Assembly: GCA_016210055.1 (NCBI GenBank)
Contig: JACQUZ010000088.1
Location: 6,446 to 70,445 of the forward strand
Length of the DNA: 64,000 nt
From: Deltaproteobacteria bacterium
Lineage (GTDB): Bacteria > Myxococcota_A > Polyangia > Haliangiales > SHYZ01
Direction: 5' to 3'
Position 1 is the stretch's first letter, and the number at the start of each line of letters is the position of its first letter. The position numbers and the translations under genes were made by a program. Below the pieces are notes generated by a model. That model saw only the letters and a list, made by a program, of their open reading frames with translations, had not been told where the DNA came from and made no database searches. Shown here piece by piece: positions 56,004 through 64,000 of this stretch.

Positions 56004-56292
56004 GAGCGGATCGCAGAACCTCGCCCGTCGCCCTTGGTACCTATACATCGTCCGCTGCCGCGACGGCACCCTGTACACTGGCATCACTCTCGACGTAACG
56101 CGGCGGGTGGCAGACCATGACGCCGGCCGGGCTGCGCGCTACACGCGAGGGCGTGGGCCCGTGATACTCGTCCACGTCGAAGTGCTGGCGAGTAGGGGGG
56201 ACGCCCTACGCCGCGAGGCCGCAGTCAAGCGTCTCTCTGCACGCGCCAAGCGATCCATTCTTTCGGCAAGGCGCACCCTGGTTAGCTCTTGA
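55987..56292 (+). CDS. GIY-YIG nuclease family protein (UPF0213-like)
   Basis: WYLYIVRCRDGTLYTGIT.DV.RR...H, ARYTRGRGPV, ALRREAAVK; start codon uncertain. Confidence 0.88.
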   Translation: MRSRSKSGSQNLARRPWYLYIVRCRDGTLYTGITLDVTRRVADHDAGRAARYTRGRGPVILVHVEVLASRGDALRREAAVKRLSARAKRSILSARRTLVSS

Positions 56293-56722
56293 GCTTGCCA
56301 AGCGCACGGGCCAAGACCTCTCGCTCAGACTCGAAGGTCAGGCGGCGGACGGCTTCCTCGGCGGAAAACCAGCGGGCCTCGTCTACCTCCGCGTCGTGGT
56401 CCTTGGTGTCGCCCTCCACATAGCGCAGGAGGAAGAAGTGCACGCTCTTGCGAACCCGCCGGCGGCTCGGCCCAGACCCAGCAAAGAACCAAAACACGAT
56501 TTCGCTCAAATCGGCTTCGGGAGCGCCCGTGCAACCGGTCTCCTCGCGGGTCTCGCGAAGCGCCGCATCGGAGTCGGACTCGCCCTGGTTGATGTGGCCC
56601 TTGGGTAGCTGCCAGCGGGTTCCGCCCCGGGTCGCAATGAGGCAGATCTCCACTTCGTTCTTCGTGGTGCCCGCTGCTCGCCAGAGCACCCCACCGGCCG
56701 TTCGCTCGGCTTGGGTAGACAC
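56282..56722 (-). CDS. NUDIX hydrolase (Ap4A hydrolase-like)
   Basis: AGGVL, WQLPKGH...GESDSDAALRETREETG; GGAGG before GTG 56722. Confidence 0.92.
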   Translation of the reverse strand: MSTQAERTAGGVLWRAAGTTKNEVEICLIATRGGTRWQLPKGHINQGESDSDAALRETREETGCTGAPEADLSEIVFWFFAGSGPSRRRVRKSVHFFLLRYVEGDTKDHDAEVDEARWFSAEEAVRRLTFESEREVLARALGKLKS

Positions 56723-56765
56723 GCGCACCACCTCCAGAGCATACCAAAGGAGACGTGGCGTGGGA

Positions 56766-58148
56766 TCAGACCACGTTCCCAAAAAGGGTGGCGGAGGTGG
56801 CACGCTCAATCTGGACGTTGACAAGATCACCGGGAGCATGCGTGCCGCGCGACACGATGACCGCCTTGAAGGTATCCGTGCGCCCCACGAGCTCGCCGTC
56901 GCTGCGCCTGGAAACCGCGTGGAGGAGAACCGGTTCGGTCCTTCCTACATGGCTCTCCATGACCTCGGCAGAGATGGACTCCTGGAGTTGAATCACCTCG
57001 GTGAGGCGGCGTTTCTTGACTTCGTCCGCGACGTCGTCGGCAATCCTCTTGGCTGCCATCGTCCCCGGGCGCTCGCTATAGGCAAAGGTGAACGCGCCGT
57101 CGAAGCGCAAGGCGCGCATGACCGAGATCGTTTGCGCGTGGTCTTCTTCGGTTTCTCCGCAGAAACCCACGAGGATGTCGGTCGTAATCGCGACTCGGGG
57201 CACCGCACGCCTGAGCTCTCGCGAGATGCGCTCGAAGTCGGCGTACGTGTACCCGCGCTTCATGCGCGCGAGAACCCGATCGGATCCGGACTGGAGCGGC
57301 AAGTGCACGTGCTTGCAGATCTTTGGCTCTTCCGCAATGGCCGCGATCACATCGTCGGTGAAATCGACGGGGTAGGGGGAGGTGAAGCGAACCCGCTCGA
57401 TCCCGGGCACCTGCGCCACGGCGCGCAGGAGATCGGAGAAACGCGCCTCCTCGAAACGATACGAGTTTACGGTTTGCCCGAGCAGGGCCACTTCCCTGTA
57501 GCCAGCCGCGGCGAGGGCGCGCGCTTGGCGGAGGATCTCGCGGGGGGGCGTGCCCCGTTCTCGCCCACGGGTAAAAGGGACGATGCAGAACGTGCAGAAC
57601 TTGTCGCACCCCCGCTGAATGGTGATGAACCCCGACACGCCGTCTCCGCCGGCTGCGGGGTTCATGCCCTCGTACGTCTCGCGCTTGTCGAGGCGCACGT
57701 CGACCAACGGATCTCGATCTCCGCCTTCTTCCCGCGCCTGCTCAACCAGGTGGGCGAGGCGACGGTAGCTGTCGGGTCCGGCAATTACATCCACGTAGGG
57801 AGCACGCTCGAGGAGCTTCTCTTTCAAGTGCTCCGCCATGCAGCCCGTAATGCCGATGACCACCCCTTGGCGCCGTTTCTTGTGCACGCGAAGCTCTTGG
57901 GCGCGAGCCAGTACCCGCTCTTCCGCCTTTTCTCGAATCGCGCAGGTGTTCAGGAGGATCACGTCAGCTAGCGCAGCATCCTCGGTGCGCTCGTGCCCCT
58001 CTTGGGCAAACATGCCGGTGATGAGGTCGGTGTCGGCGACGTTCATCTGACAGCCGTAGGTCTCGATGTAGACGCGCGCTCGCACCGGGGCAGGGGTGTC
58101 TGGGCTCGTTTTCGTCGGCAGGCGCAGGGGCACGAAGGAATCGGGCAT
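56766..58148 (-). CDS. miaB: tRNA-2-methylthio-N6-dimethylallyladenosine synthase MiaB
   Basis: ETYGCQMN, NTCAIREKAE, GCMAE, GCDKFCTFCIVP, RFTSPYP, HLPLQSGS, TRAM domain. Confidence 0.96.
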   Translation of the reverse strand: MPDSFVPLRLPTKTSPDTPAPVRARVYIETYGCQMNVADTDLITGMFAQEGHERTEDAALADVILLNTCAIREKAEERVLARAQELRVHKKRRQGVVIGITGCMAEHLKEKLLERAPYVDVIAGPDSYRRLAHLVEQAREEGGDRDPLVDVRLDKRETYEGMNPAAGGDGVSGFITIQRGCDKFCTFCIVPFTRGRERGTPPREILRQARALAAAGYREVALLGQTVNSYRFEEARFSDLLRAVAQVPGIERVRFTSPYPVDFTDDVIAAIAEEPKICKHVHLPLQSGSDRVLARMKRGYTYADFERISRELRRAVPRVAITTDILVGFCGETEEDHAQTISVMRALRFDGAFTFAYSERPGTMAAKRIADDVADEVKKRRLTEVIQLQESISAEVMESHVGRTEPVLLHAVSRRSDGELVGRTDTFKAVIVSRGTHAPGDLVNVQIERATSATLFGNVV

Positions 58149-58182
58149 CACGCCGACAAGTATCATCGGTGAAAGCGCGCAG

Positions 58183-58512
58183 TCAACGCGGGTCGGAACC
58201 TCCGCCCCCGCCCATCGGCCAGCCTGGCAGCTCATGGCTGAGGATGTCGAAGCACAACGCGACGCACTCGTCGCAGATGTGTACAGCCGGACCGGAGAGG
58301 AGCTTCCTTATGGCCGATGCCCCCTTCCCGCACCAGCTGCAGGACGGACCGTCGCCAGCGCCCTCCGGTGGCGTGCGAACGGGCGTTTCGACGACCACTC
58401 CACCCACGGTGAGGAGCGTGCGCGTTGGCGCCTCGAACTCGCTGGTGGTGTCTGGAGTAGGGACTTCTTCCACGCTGCGCCCGCACGCGGGGCAAAAATG
58501 CGATGCCGTCAT
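58183..58512 (-). CDS. Small protein with ClpX C4-type zinc finger
   Basis: ATGA overlap with pilS; FCPACG; CSWCGK...[17 protein letters not shown]. Confidence 0.8.
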   Translation of the reverse strand: MTASHFCPACGRSVEEVPTPDTTSEFEAPTRTLLTVGGVVVETPVRTPPEGAGDGPSCSWCGKGASAIRKLLSGPAVHICDECVALCFDILSHELPGWPMGGGGGSDPR

Positions 58513-60302
58513 GATCGGGTGCTCTCCGAGATGGGCAAGCGTATCAGAAAACGGGTACCGCCTTTGGCTGGGGATTCGACGCTTATCGTCCCGCCGTGCT
58601 CGGTGACGATCCGATTCACGGTAGCGAGGCCAAGGCCGGTGCCACGTGGCTTGGTCGTGAAGAAGGGGTCGAAAATCCGCTCGTGGTCCTCCGGCGCGAT
58701 GCCCAGACCCATGTCGGCGACTGAGAACTCTGCCCACGACACGCCGTTCTCCTGGACGATTCCCGCCGCCACGACGATTTCGCCTCCTTGTGGCATGGCT
58801 TCGACGGCATTGCGGAGCAAGTTCCACGCGACCTGTCGAACCTGATCAGGATCGGCGACTACCTTGACCTCATCACCGCCCAGCGCCAATGAGTCGACCG
58901 ATGGCTGGGCGGGTGAGTCTGACCGACGAGGCAACTCCTCCAAGCGAATCCGGAGGTGCTTGGTCGCCCGGTCCTGAGAGAACACCCGCACCGTCTCGGC
59001 GAGGAGCTGCCCCAAGTCCATGGGGACCGGCGCGAGCTCTCGGGGTCGAGCGTAGTCGAGGAGGTCCGTGATCAGGCCGTTTAGGCGATCCACTTCCCGG
59101 AGCACGATGTTCATGAGGGCCCGGCTTTCGTCGTCGACCTGCGGCGCGCTCTTCAGGAGCTCAATCGACCCAGAGATCGATGCCAAGGGGTTGCGGATTT
59201 CGTGGGCCACACCTGCGGCGAGGTGCCCCACGACGGCCAGCCGCTGGGCGCGCAGGACCTGCGCTTCCATTCGACGGAGCTCGGTGAGGTCCTGGAAATT
59301 GACGATCCGCCCGACCGGCTCGTCCAGATGGTCCGTAAGCGGCGAAACGGAGACTCCGAGCGTCAACTCCGCGCCGTCACGCCGGGAAACCTGGACCTGT
59401 GCGCGCCGGATCGCTTCCTTGGGAGAGATGTTTTCGAGGAGTGGATTGATCTCGGGCAAGATCTCACCCACCGGGCGGCCGAGCACCTTGTCACGGCGTA
59501 GGCCGAGGATCTCCTCGGCCGCCTCGTTCAGCGTGAGGATCAGTCGGTCGTGGTCAATGGTGACCAATCCACTGGATAGGCAGCGGATGATGTCCTGGTT
59601 GAGCACCGCGAGGTCCGCGGCATGGGCTTCTTGCGTCTCCAGGCGTTCACCTGTGCGGGCGAGCTGCTCGCCGAGGAGCGACGCGAGCACCGTGATGGCC
59701 GCAAAGGCCCCCGTGTTGAGGACCGCTTGGCGCGCAAATGCCCAGGACGGGAGGTCCCACGGCACCATCTTCTGCCCCATGGGGGTCGGCAGCCAGCGCA
59801 TCCAGCCTGCAAGCGAGACGGCGAGGAACAACATGATGCTCGCCACGCCTGCGATGGAGGCTCCCTGCCGATATCGCACGAGTGCCGCCCCGACGATGGA
59901 AAGCGGGTAGAAGAACGCGTATCCGCTCTGGACTCCGCCCGAGAAGTGGACGAGCGCCGTGGTCACGACCAGGTCAATGGCAATCTGTCCGTCGGCGAAT
60001 CGCCTCGGATTCTCAATTCGCGGCAAGAGGGCCGCGTAAACCAGGGTCAAGAAGTAGGTCGCCGCGACGATGGCGAAGAGCGCGATGGCACTCGGGAGCG
60101 CCAGCTCTTCCGGGGAAGCCAGGTGGAGGGCCACCGTCGTCCCCAGAACTAAGGTGATGAGCACTACCCGAAACAGCATGAGGTGGACGACACGTCGCCG
60201 GAGCTCCGTCTCGCTCGGTGCCGAGGAGCTGGTGAGGGTGCGGTCCGCGCTGCCCGCTGGCGCGGCGCCCGGTCCGGGGCTCTGGGATCCGCTTCGTCTC
60301 AC
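58509..60302 (-). CDS. pilS: PilS-type sensor histidine kinase
   Basis: LMLFRVV..T N-terminus, multiple [35 protein letters not shown]; follows pilC. Confidence 0.88.
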   Translation of the reverse strand: MRRSGSQSPGPGAAPAGSADRTLTSSSAPSETELRRRVVHLMLFRVVLITLVLGTTVALHLASPEELALPSAIALFAIVAATYFLTLVYAALLPRIENPRRFADGQIAIDLVVTTALVHFSGGVQSGYAFFYPLSIVGAALVRYRQGASIAGVASIMLFLAVSLAGWMRWLPTPMGQKMVPWDLPSWAFARQAVLNTGAFAAITVLASLLGEQLARTGERLETQEAHAADLAVLNQDIIRCLSSGLVTIDHDRLILTLNEAAEEILGLRRDKVLGRPVGEILPEINPLLENISPKEAIRRAQVQVSRRDGAELTLGVSVSPLTDHLDEPVGRIVNFQDLTELRRMEAQVLRAQRLAVVGHLAAGVAHEIRNPLASISGSIELLKSAPQVDDESRALMNIVLREVDRLNGLITDLLDYARPRELAPVPMDLGQLLAETVRVFSQDRATKHLRIRLEELPRRSDSPAQPSVDSLALGGDEVKVVADPDQVRQVAWNLLRNAVEAMPQGGEIVVAAGIVQENGVSWAEFSVADMGLGIAPEDHERIFDPFFTTKPRGTGLGLATVNRIVTEHGGTISVESPAKGGTRFLIRLPISESTRS

Positions 60303-61513
60303 TCGGCCTTGATGTTACCGGCCAGCTCGAAGATCGGGAGGTACATGGCGATGATCAGGCCGCCGACGATACCACCGAGGAAGACCATCATGATGGGCTC
60401 GAGGAGCGACGTCAGCGCTTCCACGGCGACATCGACTTCGTCTTCGTAGAAGTCCGCGATTTTTTGCAGCATGGTGTCCATGGCGCCGGTTTGCTCGCCT
60501 ACGCCGATCATTTGCACGACCATGGGCGGAAACACCTTGGTCTCTGCGAGTGGTCCGGCGAGATCCTTCCCCTCGCTGATTTTCTCGCGGGCGTACATGA
60601 TCGCCTTCTTGACGACCACGTTTCCCGCGGTCTTGGCGACAATCTCGAGGGCGTCCAGGATGGGGACGCCCGACGAGAGCAGGGTCCCCATGGTACGCGT
60701 GAATCGCGCCACCACGACCTTGCGGAGCACCGTGCCGATGATGGGCACCTTGAGGATGAAGCTGTCGAAGGTCTCTCGCCCCTTCTCGGTCTTCAGCGCG
60801 GCAGGCAAGCCGAAGCCAATCGTCGCTGCACTGATTATCCAGACGTACCAGAGGCGCTTGAAGCTCTCCGATAGGTTGATGACGAATTGCGTGGGCGCGG
60901 GTAAGGCGCCTCCCTTGAACTCCTTGAACATGTTTTGGAAAACAGGGATGACCTTGGTGAGGATGACCACCACGACGATGATCGCGATGCCCAGCACGGC
61001 GATCGGGTACGTCATGGCGCCCTTCACCTGCTGCTTGAGCTTCGCCGCCTTCTCGATGTAGGTGCCGAGTCGCCCGAGGATGGTGTCCAAGATACCGCCG
61101 ACCTCGCCGGCGGCGATGAGGTTGCAATACAGGTCGTCGAAGGCCTTTGGGTGCTTCTTGAGCGAGTCGGAGAAGGTGGCGCCCCCTTCCACGCTCGTCT
61201 TGACGTCGCCCAGGATCTTGCCGAATTTCTTGTTCTCGGTTTGGTTCGACAAGATGTCGAGGCACTGCACCAGGGGCAGGCCCGCGTCGATCATGGTCGC
61301 AAACTGGCGCGTGAAGATGACCAGGTCCTTTTCCTTGACCCCCCCGCTGCCCGGGAGCTTGGCCAAGAGGCCTTTCCCCTGCAGCTTGACCTTCGTCGGC
61401 GCGATCTGGTCCGCCTTGAGGCGAGCCAGGGCCATGGCCTCGCTGTCGGCCTCGATGGTCCCCTTCTTGACGTCCCCAGAGCGGGTGCGTCCTTCCCAGG
61501 CAAAAACGGGCAA
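60299..61513 (-). CDS. pilC: Type IV pilus platform protein PilC
   Basis: FTRQFATMIDAGLPLVQCL, AGEVGGILD, FPPMVVQMI.VGE.TG, LLEP, AMYLPIF. Confidence 0.96.
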   Translation of the reverse strand: MPVFAWEGRTRSGDVKKGTIEADSEAMALARLKADQIAPTKVKLQGKGLLAKLPGSGGVKEKDLVIFTRQFATMIDAGLPLVQCLDILSNQTENKKFGKILGDVKTSVEGGATFSDSLKKHPKAFDDLYCNLIAAGEVGGILDTILGRLGTYIEKAAKLKQQVKGAMTYPIAVLGIAIIVVVVILTKVIPVFQNMFKEFKGGALPAPTQFVINLSESFKRLWYVWIISAATIGFGLPAALKTEKGRETFDSFILKVPIIGTVLRKVVVARFTRTMGTLLSSGVPILDALEIVAKTAGNVVVKKAIMYAREKISEGKDLAGPLAETKVFPPMVVQMIGVGEQTGAMDTMLQKIADFYEDEVDVAVEALTSLLEPIMMVFLGGIVGGLIIAMYLPIFELAGNIKAE

Positions 61514-61518
61514 GGCGA

Positions 61519-62652
61519 CTAGCCTCCCTTGGCCACGGGCGGCCTACCGCCCGGCGCGGCACCGCCAGGACCGGGGCCTCCGGCCTGCGCCTGCGCGATC
61601 ATGGTCTTTAGCTCCTCGGCATCTGAGCTGCGGCCAATGGCCTCCTCGAGGGTAATGAGTCGCTTGAGATACAGGGAGCAGAGCGACTGATTGAAGGTCT
61701 GCATGCCGTACTTTGATTGGCCGATCTGCATCTGCGAGTAGATCTGATGGAGCTTATCCTCGCGGATGAGATTGCGGATGGCCGGATTCGGAACCATGAT
61801 TTCGCAGGCCATGACCCGTCCAGAGCCAGTTGCCCGCGGAAGCAGCGACTGGCTGATGACCCCCTCGAGCACAAATGAGAGCTGCGCTCGAACCTGCGCC
61901 TGCTGGTAAGGGGGGAACACGTCGATAATGCGGTTGATCGTTTGGACGGCGCTGTTGGTGTGCAGCGTGGCGAACGCGAGGTGGCCCGTCTCGGAAATGG
62001 TGAGCGCGGCCTCGATTGTCTCAAGGTCCCTCATTTCCCCGATGAGTACGACGTCGGGATCCTGCCGCAGGATGTACTTGAGGGCGCGCTTGAAGGACTG
62101 CGTGTCGGCCCCGACTTCGCGCTGGTTGACCACGCAGCCCTTGTGGGGGTGGAGGAACTCGATCGGATCTTCGATGGTGACGATGTGGTCGTGGGTCTCG
62201 GTGTTGATCTTGTCGATCATGGAGGCCAGCGTCGTCGACTTGCCGGATCCCGTGGGGCCCGTGACCAAGACTAGGCCGCGGGGCTTGTTGCAGAGCTCGT
62301 CGATAATCGGCGGCAGTCCCAGCTCGTGGAGTGGGACGATCTTGAAGGGGATGATCCGGAAGGCTCCAGCCACGGCCCCGCGCTGCATGAAGACGTTGGC
62401 TCGGAAGCGGGCCAGGTTCTTCACGCCGAACGACAGATCGAGCTCCTGATCTTCCTCGAAGCGCATCTTCTGTGCGTCGGTGAGGATCGAGTAGCAGAGC
62501 TGCTTCGTGTCGACGGGTGTGAGTGGCTCGGTCCGAAGTGGGACCAGCGCGCCATCGATACGGAGCTGTGGCGGCGTACCCGTGGTGACGTGGAGGTCGG
62601 ACGCCCCCTTGTCGAGCATTGTCTTGAGGAGCTGATGAAGGTTGGGCGGCAC
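61519..62652 (-). CDS. pilT: Type IV pilus retraction ATPase PilT
   Basis: ASDLH, GPTGSGKSTT, TIEDPIE, LRQDPD, GEMRD, TLHT, AIRNLIRE. Confidence 0.97.
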   Translation of the reverse strand: MPPNLHQLLKTMLDKGASDLHVTTGTPPQLRIDGALVPLRTEPLTPVDTKQLCYSILTDAQKMRFEEDQELDLSFGVKNLARFRANVFMQRGAVAGAFRIIPFKIVPLHELGLPPIIDELCNKPRGLVLVTGPTGSGKSTTLASMIDKINTETHDHIVTIEDPIEFLHPHKGCVVNQREVGADTQSFKRALKYILRQDPDVVLIGEMRDLETIEAALTISETGHLAFATLHTNSAVQTINRIIDVFPPYQQAQVRAQLSFVLEGVISQSLLPRATGSGRVMACEIMVPNPAIRNLIREDKLHQIYSQMQIGQSKYGMQTFNQSLCSLYLKRLITLEEAIGRSSDAEELKTMIAQAQAGGPGPGGAAPGGRPPVAKGG

Positions 62653-62654
62653 GG

Positions 62655-64000
62655 CTAGTCTCCTACGGTGACGCGGAGGATCTCCTCCGGAGTCGTCACC
62701 CCCTCGATGATCTTGTTGATTCCCGACAGCCGCAGCGAGTTGATGCCGTTGCGGATCATCTCTGCCTTGATTTCAGCAGCCGAAGCCCCCTGGAGGACCA
62801 ACTCCTTGAGCGGTTCGATAAAGGGCATGACCTCGTAGAGCGCGATGCGCCCCTTGTACCCAGTCCCGTTACACGTCTTGCAGCCCTTGCCCTTGTAGAG
62901 CTGGGCGCGCCCAGCGTCTTCGGGCTTCATCCCCAGGTCGATGAGCGCCTGCTCGCTTTTTTCCGCTGGCTCCTTGCACTCGGCACAGGTTTTTCGGGCA
63001 AGACGCTGGGCCAGCACGAGATTGACCGAAGCCGTGACGAGGAACGGCTCAATGCCCATGTTGAGCATTCTCGACACCGTGGACGGTGCGTCATTGGTAT
63101 GGAGCGTGGACAAGACGAGGTGGCCGGTCAACGCGGCCTTCACCGCGATTTCTGCGGTCTCGAAGTCGCGGACCTCGCCCACCATGATGATGTTGGGGTC
63201 CTGCCGCAGAAACGAGCGCAGGGCGGCGGCGAAGTTGAGCCCGATGGATTCCTGCACGTTGACCTGGTTGATGCCCGCCAGGTTGAACTCCACTGGGTCT
63301 TCTGCCGTCGAAATGTTGCGCGAGGGCTTGTTCAGCTCGGCGAGCGCCGAGTAGAGCGTGGTGGTCTTGCCTGACCCAGTAGGTCCGGTCACCAGCACCA
63401 TCCCGTAGGGGAGAGAAATGGCTTTCTTGAAGTCACCCAGCGGCTTCTCCTCGAAGCCGAGCTTGGTCATGTCCAGCTGCAGGTTTGACTTGTCCAGGAG
63501 ACGGAGGCAGATCTTCTCACCAAAGAGGGTCGGGAGGACGGAGACACGGAAGTCCATCTCCTTGTCCTTGCCGATCTTGAGCTTGATGCGCCCGTCCTGC
63601 GGGAGCCTGCGCTCGGAGATGTCCAGGTTGGACATGATCTTGAGACGAGACGTAATGGCGTTCTTGAGCTTGAGGGGCGGCCGCATCTCCTCCTGGAGAA
63701 TGCCGTCCACTCGGTAGCGCACCCGGAACTCCTTCTCATAGGGCTCAATATGAATGTCGGACGCCTTCTTCTTGATCGCCGACAGGAGGATCATGTTGCA
63801 GAGCTTGACGATCGGCGCTTCGCCAGACTGCTTCTCAAGGTCAACGACATTGACGTCGTCTCCCGCATCCGCCGAGAAGTCAACGTCTTCGGTCTCGAAC
63901 TCCCCGACGAGATCCGTGAGGTCGGGCGCCTTTTCGTAATAGCGGCCGATGGCCTCTTCAATCGCCTGCTCGGAGGAGACGACCGGCTCAATGTTGTATT
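62655..64000 (-). CDS. pilB: Type IV pilus assembly ATPase PilB (5' end outside window)
   Basis: ASDIHIEP, ERRLPQDG, GPTGSGKTT, FLRQDP, Zn motifs CAEC/CKTC; frame open to the window edge. Confidence 0.96.
   Translation of the reverse strand, partial: YNIEPVVSSEQAIEEAIGRYYEKAPDLTDLVGEFETEDVDFSADAGDDVNVVDLEKQSGEAPIVKLCNMILLSAIKKKASDIHIEPYEKEFRVRYRVDGILQEEMRPPLKLKNAITSRLKIMSNLDISERRLPQDGRIKLKIGKDKEMDFRVSVLPTLFGEKICLRLLDKSNLQLDMTKLGFEEKPLGDFKKAISLPYGMVLVTGPTGSGKTTTLYSALAELNKPSRNISTAEDPVEFNLAGINQVNVQESIGLNFAAALRSFLRQDPNIIMVGEVRDFETAEIAVKAALTGHLVLSTLHTNDAPSTVSRMLNMGIEPFLVTASVNLVLAQRLARKTCAECKEPAEKSEQALIDLGMKPEDAGRAQLYKGKGCKTCNGTGYKGRIALYEVMPFIEPLKELVLQGASAAEIKAEMIRNGINSLRLSGINKIIEGVTTPEEILRVTVGD

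Noticed and set aside
55987-56292. GIY-YIG gene as a homing endonuclease or mobile element
   Set aside because: Short UPF0213-type stand-alone domain with no intron or insertion features

Overview
This is a GC-rich, gene-dense chromosomal window that looks myxobacterial (Myxococcota), based on the pilB-pilT-pilC-pilS order, a tgl-like pilotin, multidomain Ser/Thr kinases, a TSP3-OmpA protein and many lipoproteins. About 48 CDS are supportable. I saw no rRNA, tRNA, CRISPR array or transposase. Housekeeping blocks are a type IV pilus cluster (with a ClpX-type Zn-finger gene where pilR normally sits), miaB, and a usp-glgC-GH57-DUF5752-treT sugar-storage cluster. The main candidate is a three-gene operon at 10.5-15.6 kb. 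It encodes a PilZ-motif/SAM-methyltransferase resembling Ralstonia PhcB, a membrane hybrid kinase resembling PhcS, and a receiver-kinase resembling PhcR. Together these suggest a fatty-acid-methyl-ester quorum-sensing system in a myxobacterium, possibly gated by c-di-GMP. Other observations: a Fur-box-preceded flavinylation/GT-C/cupredoxin-like operon; a two-gene secreted module in which both genes appear frameshifted; a giant lipoprotein-FadL pair facing a kinase/sigma54 cascade; and frequent leaderless-type gene starts. All family assignments come from recognising motifs by eye, not from database searches.
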